DNA from: an uncultured delta proteobacterium
GTDB lineage: Bacteria > Desulfobacterota > Binatia > UBA9968
DNA: 64,000 nucleotides
Assembly: GCA_963745035.1 (NCBI GenBank)
Contig: CAVUVW010000012.1
Coordinates: forward strand, 1-64,000
Reading direction: 5' to 3'
Shown here one piece after another: positions 62,218 to 64,000 of the stretch (positions are counted from its first letter, which is position 1; each line of letters starts with the position of its first letter). Position numbers and translations under genes: made by a program. Below the pieces are notes generated by a model. That model did no database searches and was not told where the DNA came from. It saw only the letters and a program-made list of their open reading frames with translations.

Positions 62218-62649
62218 ATGGCGAGATATCAAAACATTGCCTGGACCGGATTACTGGCGGGCGCTCTGTTGATGCTGCCGCACGTCGGCGCGGCCGACGA
62301 TCGCCGACCCAACCGTCGAGCTCTCAAAAACGAGATCCAGCAGGAGCGACGGGAGCTTCGTGAGAGCCAGCGGGAGCTGGAACAAAATCGCGACGAGTTG
62401 AGGGATGACCGGCGGGAGTATCAACGGGATCGCCGGGCAAAAGCCAGCAAAGAGGAGCTCGCCCGGGATAAAGCGGAAATCCGCGAGTCCCGCGAAAACT
62501 TACGGAACAGCCGTCGTGAGGTGGAGGAGAATCAACGCGACCTTAACCAGGATCTCAACAGATACGAGCGGCGCTACGGCGATCGGGATCGCTATAATCG
62601 AGATCGTTACAGTTGGCGGGAATACGATCGAGGACCCAGCTGGTGGTAA
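62218..62649 (+). CDS. Secreted R/E/D-rich coiled-coil protein
   Basis: Signal peptide, then heptad-like ERRELRESQRELEQ repeats. RBS GAAGGAG. Confidence 0.7.
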   Translation: MARYQNIAWTGLLAGALLMLPHVGAADDRRPNRRALKNEIQQERRELRESQRELEQNRDELRDDRREYQRDRRAKASKEELARDKAEIRESRENLRNSRREVEENQRDLNQDLNRYERRYGDRDRYNRDRYSWREYDRGPSWW

Positions 62650-62935
62650 GTTCCTACCCGGGCCCTCTGAGACTTACGCCGAAGAATCGCCCGGAGCTTC
62701 TCGCATTTGGATAATACTAGGCGACGTTTCATCAGCTCGTCGTCAGTCGGCGAGCTGATGCATTGTAGGGGTTCGGTAAAACCGATGTTTCAAGGTTTGA
62801 AGTTGATACACTTACATCCTTGGTCGACCTGGTCCCCGCCCCCGCCTGCAGCGTTGGAACGCGGACTCCCCAAATGTGACGCATATCTAGACTAGTTTTC
62901 CTACATCCCTGCATCCCAGACACAGTTTCCCTTCC

Positions 62936-63575
62936 CTAAACCCGATAAATCGTGGTTAAGCCGGAGTGTTTTTGTCTGAGCCAAAAGCCCGCCGGCATAG
63001 AGATCCTCAACTGAAGGCTTACTTTAAAATTTAGCTCAACAGCGCGGCTTGAGAAGTCGCTGAACTTCTGAGGTTTTCCAGTTCGGCCAAACATTGCTGG
63101 TACAAAGGCTCCGACCTTTGCCGGAAAATCTACATCCTGTTGCAAAAGAGCATCGGCAAACCGATAGGTGAGATAGGACAACTTGAGTTGCCGTACGACC
63201 CTAGCGAGACTGTAACGTCTTAAGAAATCTTTTGCGTTTGGCTTTCCGAGCGGCACATGCTAAATAATCAGGATTTTCCAACTCGGAGGCCACGTGAATC
63301 GGACGGAAATCGAATCTCGCATTTGGGGGAAGACTATTGCGTCTGCCCGGACGCATGGGCTTATTTCGGAGCAGGAAGCGCAATTTTTGGTAGAGCAGTA
63401 CCTTCAGGAGTTTAGGGAGAAGAACGGCTGGGACGGGAAAGCTTATATTCAGCCGAGGATTTTTTGATCGTTGTGTGTTTCGGCGTGTGATATGGCACCT
63501 GCATTCAAGCGTGCTCTTCTTATTTTCTTCTTCGGTGACCTTCTCTTCAGCTTGTTTATTTTTATCTTCATTCAT
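62936..63575 (-). CDS. Hypothetical protein, possibly frameshifted or degraded
   Basis: Two overlapping minus-strand ORFs in lower-GC sequence. No recognisable motif. Confidence 0.3.
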
Positions 63576-63691
63576 TGGTTAAAATTCGAAATCATGCTTT
63601 TCCACAAAAATATTTATTCTTCTGGCTATAATATGCTCCTTGTACTAAGGAATTTCCTCCAGGGTTTCGAAAATGTACTCCCGGCATTTTT

Positions 63692-63985
63692 CTAGCGCTC
63701 TTCATCTAACGTGCGCAGACCCACCGGCAGATTACCCTCCTTCTGGAGCTGCGTTAGCTCCGCCTTAGCTCTTTCCCAGTATTCAGCGTCCCGCCCTTCA
63801 GGCTGTCCGTCATTTTTCCAGATGTAATAAGCCGCGATGGAAATCCACTCGTCGGGAAAACTCTGCTCTCCTTGAGAGCTGGAACCCATCGGTTGGTCTC
63901 CCGTAAAATCCACCATTGTATTATCCTCCTTCGCGCGCACTTTTTGTGGCCTTCGCTTTTTTTGACTTTTCTCGTTTTGTTCCAC
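63692..63985 (-). CDS. DUF2934-domain protein
   Basis: ISIAAYYIWKNDGQPEGRDAEYWERAKAEL. Confidence 0.82.
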   Translation of the reverse strand: MEQNEKSQKKRRPQKVRAKEDNTMVDFTGDQPMGSSSQGEQSFPDEWISIAAYYIWKNDGQPEGRDAEYWERAKAELTQLQKEGNLPVGLRTLDEER

Positions 63986-64000
63986 TGCAGAAATCTCCTT

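Noticed and set aside
1-64000. CRISPR array, tRNA or rRNA
   Set aside because: No regularly spaced direct repeats or recognisable tRNA/rRNA sequence were seen by eye.

Overview
Bacterial chromosomal window, GC-rich. Gene style suggests a deltaproteobacteria-like or Binatia-like organism, but this is an impression only. Many genes are split by 1-2 nt indels, most likely long-read assembly errors. (1) 1-37.4 kb is a minus-strand Wzy-type exopolysaccharide/capsule locus. It runs from a sigma54 promoter through a NusG/RfaH paralog, wza, wzc, eight glycosyltransferases and a Wzy/O-antigen-ligase-like gene to a rich tailoring set: WbpB-WbpD fusion + WbpE, carbamoyltransferase-SxtJ-DUF5989, four glutaminase-less asparagine-synthetase-like ATP pyrophosphatases, a CapK/PaaK-like ligase, an Asp/Asn beta-hydroxylase, two atypical YdjC deacetylases and two methyltransferases. 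Nested antisense in this locus is a regulatory cassette: sigma54 promoter, c-di-GMP-I riboswitch, RBS-sequestering hairpin, then two paralogous secreted beta-helix-like proteins. It lies back-to-back with a catalytically dead IS1595-like transposase that heads the distal EPS operon, a candidate domesticated regulator. (2) 38-64 kb is a general-stress/dormancy region (CBS, SDR, hemerythrin, DegQ, two SODs, PsiE, YqaE, Hsp20-Lon, RRM, GH15, LigD, SRPBCC, DUF2934). About 14 correctly placed sigma54 -24/-12 motifs link both halves of the window. All family assignments come from motif recognition by eye; no database searches were run.
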